A stretch of 64,000 bases of DNA, from the NCBI GenBank assembly GCA_002104905.1, contig MCFE01000473.1:5058-69057 (forward strand), written 5' to 3'. The notes beneath the pieces were generated by a model, which was not told where the DNA came from, did not search any database, and saw only the letters and a program-made list of their open reading frames with translations. Shown here piece by piece: positions 62,940-64,000 of this stretch; positions within the stretch are counted from its first letter, which is position 1, and each line of letters opens with the position of its first letter. Position numbers and translations under genes: made by a program. This DNA is from Basidiobolus meristosporus CBS 931.73. Taxonomy: Eukaryota; Fungi; Basidiobolomycota.

Positions 62940-64000
62940 ACTACATGCATCAAGCTAAATATGTAGATTTCAGCTGCTACTGTTTCTATGGGTTAAGGCT
63001 GACCCACTGCCAAGTCTTCACAGAACAACAACAGTGCCATAAGATAAAAGACTTGTTCTGTTGGATAGTGCTACACAGTGCCAGCCTGTTTATAGTGCCA
63101 GATTGATCTGGTACTATCTGGCACTATAATATCTAACCATGATGCCAGTGGTATGATACAGTTACTGGTAATTTTACTCAATCTTACTAATGATGCTCAG
63201 AGTAGTGCTTTCCTTGCTTTATTTACTCTTCATAATGCTCCAGACACATTTCTCTCAGTGGATGACTTCTTGTATGAGTATACTGTGCATTGAGAAGTAT
63301 CTTAGCTATTTTACCTATTAGACTTGTTCCATTGTACTGTGCCAGGGCACGCAGCGCAATCTGCAGTTGTAAAGAACAATTGAGCGCAATATTATAGCTA
63401 CCAGAAGGCAGGATTGCTCTTGGATGATTTTGCACCATGTGGGATGATCTTGCACACTATGACATAATCTGACACAATGAGGCTGGCATGGATGATCACG
63501 CCGACTTGTGATGTTTGCATCATGTGCACAATTGGATACCGCTATTATGGCAGGTAAAATCTGGTATTTAGATATATTTCTTTAATGTAAATGGAAATAA
63601 ATGTGTATCACACTATAAACTACACTGATAGTTACCATTTTTGTTACCATCACTCCAATTGGATGGTATCTCAGTGGTTCATTGGTTCAAAAGTATCCTG
63701 AAGCTGGCATCCCCCAATTGGCTCATTGACTACTAAACAAGCTACCTGATTTGCCATCAAATATCCCATTTTGCCCATTGAGCAAGTAAATCCCTGATCC
63801 TAGTGATTGGACAAGGTGTCATAGCTAGCACACAAGCAATCAGGTAGGTGCAAAACAGATCCAATAGCTGCACTGGTATTAAAGATGACATATATGTATG
63901 TAAGTGTTTTATTTATAGGGTTCTGTCTCAAATGTGAGACAACCTTGATATCACTTATATCAAAAATTTGATGATCACTGATTTGCAATGGCTTGATTTG
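62940..64000. repeat. Unclassified decayed repeat mosaic
   Basis: 63050-63110 matches 17721-17780; the remainder is CpG-poor with interrupted frames and is not classifiable by eye. Confidence 0.45.

Larger units (their letters stand above)
15910..64000. other. CpG-depleted nested-transposon block (heterochromatin-like), runs off the window end
   Basis: No host gene found. Contiguous TE fragments with stops and frameshifts; long CG-free stretches (none seen in 16260-17199). Confidence 0.9.

Noticed and set aside
15910-64000. Classic CpA-targeted RIP
   Set aside because: CA/TG dinucleotides remain abundant while CG is nearly absent. Copy-to-copy differences are mostly CG>TG/CA; only occasional CAG>TAG changes were seen.

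Overview
Fungal nuclear genomic DNA; the lineage is not determinable by eye, but the RPL26, SPT2 and HMG motifs fit Taphrinomycotina or an early-diverging fungus better than Pezizomycotina or Saccharomycotina. The window has two very different compartments. (1) 1 to ~15.9 kb is gene-rich with normal CpG content. It holds RPP2 (3' part), a UDP-galactose transporter, RPL26, SPT2, an intronless MATA-type HMG-box gene and a HAL-family kinase. The HMG gene is a candidate mating-type gene: it has an N-terminal VPEGYHALLVP motif resembling fission-yeast Mat-Mc as I recall it. It is flanked by ~2 kb and ~6 kb stretches containing only orphan, apparently multi-exon gene candidates, one stray solo LTR and a homeodomain-like fragment. 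(2) From ~15.9 kb to the window end (at least 48 kb) is an unbroken, strongly CpG-depleted stack of nested, decayed transposons with no host genes. It contains Ty1/copia, at least three Ty3/gypsy-type families, many solo LTRs with intact TSDs, and a CACTA/EnSpm family with CCCTA termini, one full-length copy of which sits inside another. CpG loss tracks nesting age, consistent with progressive methyl-CpG deamination rather than classic RIP. The most interesting hypothesis is a mating-type locus lying next to a methylated heterochromatic, possibly centromeric, retrotransposon block. All counts and alignments were done by eye; no searches were run.
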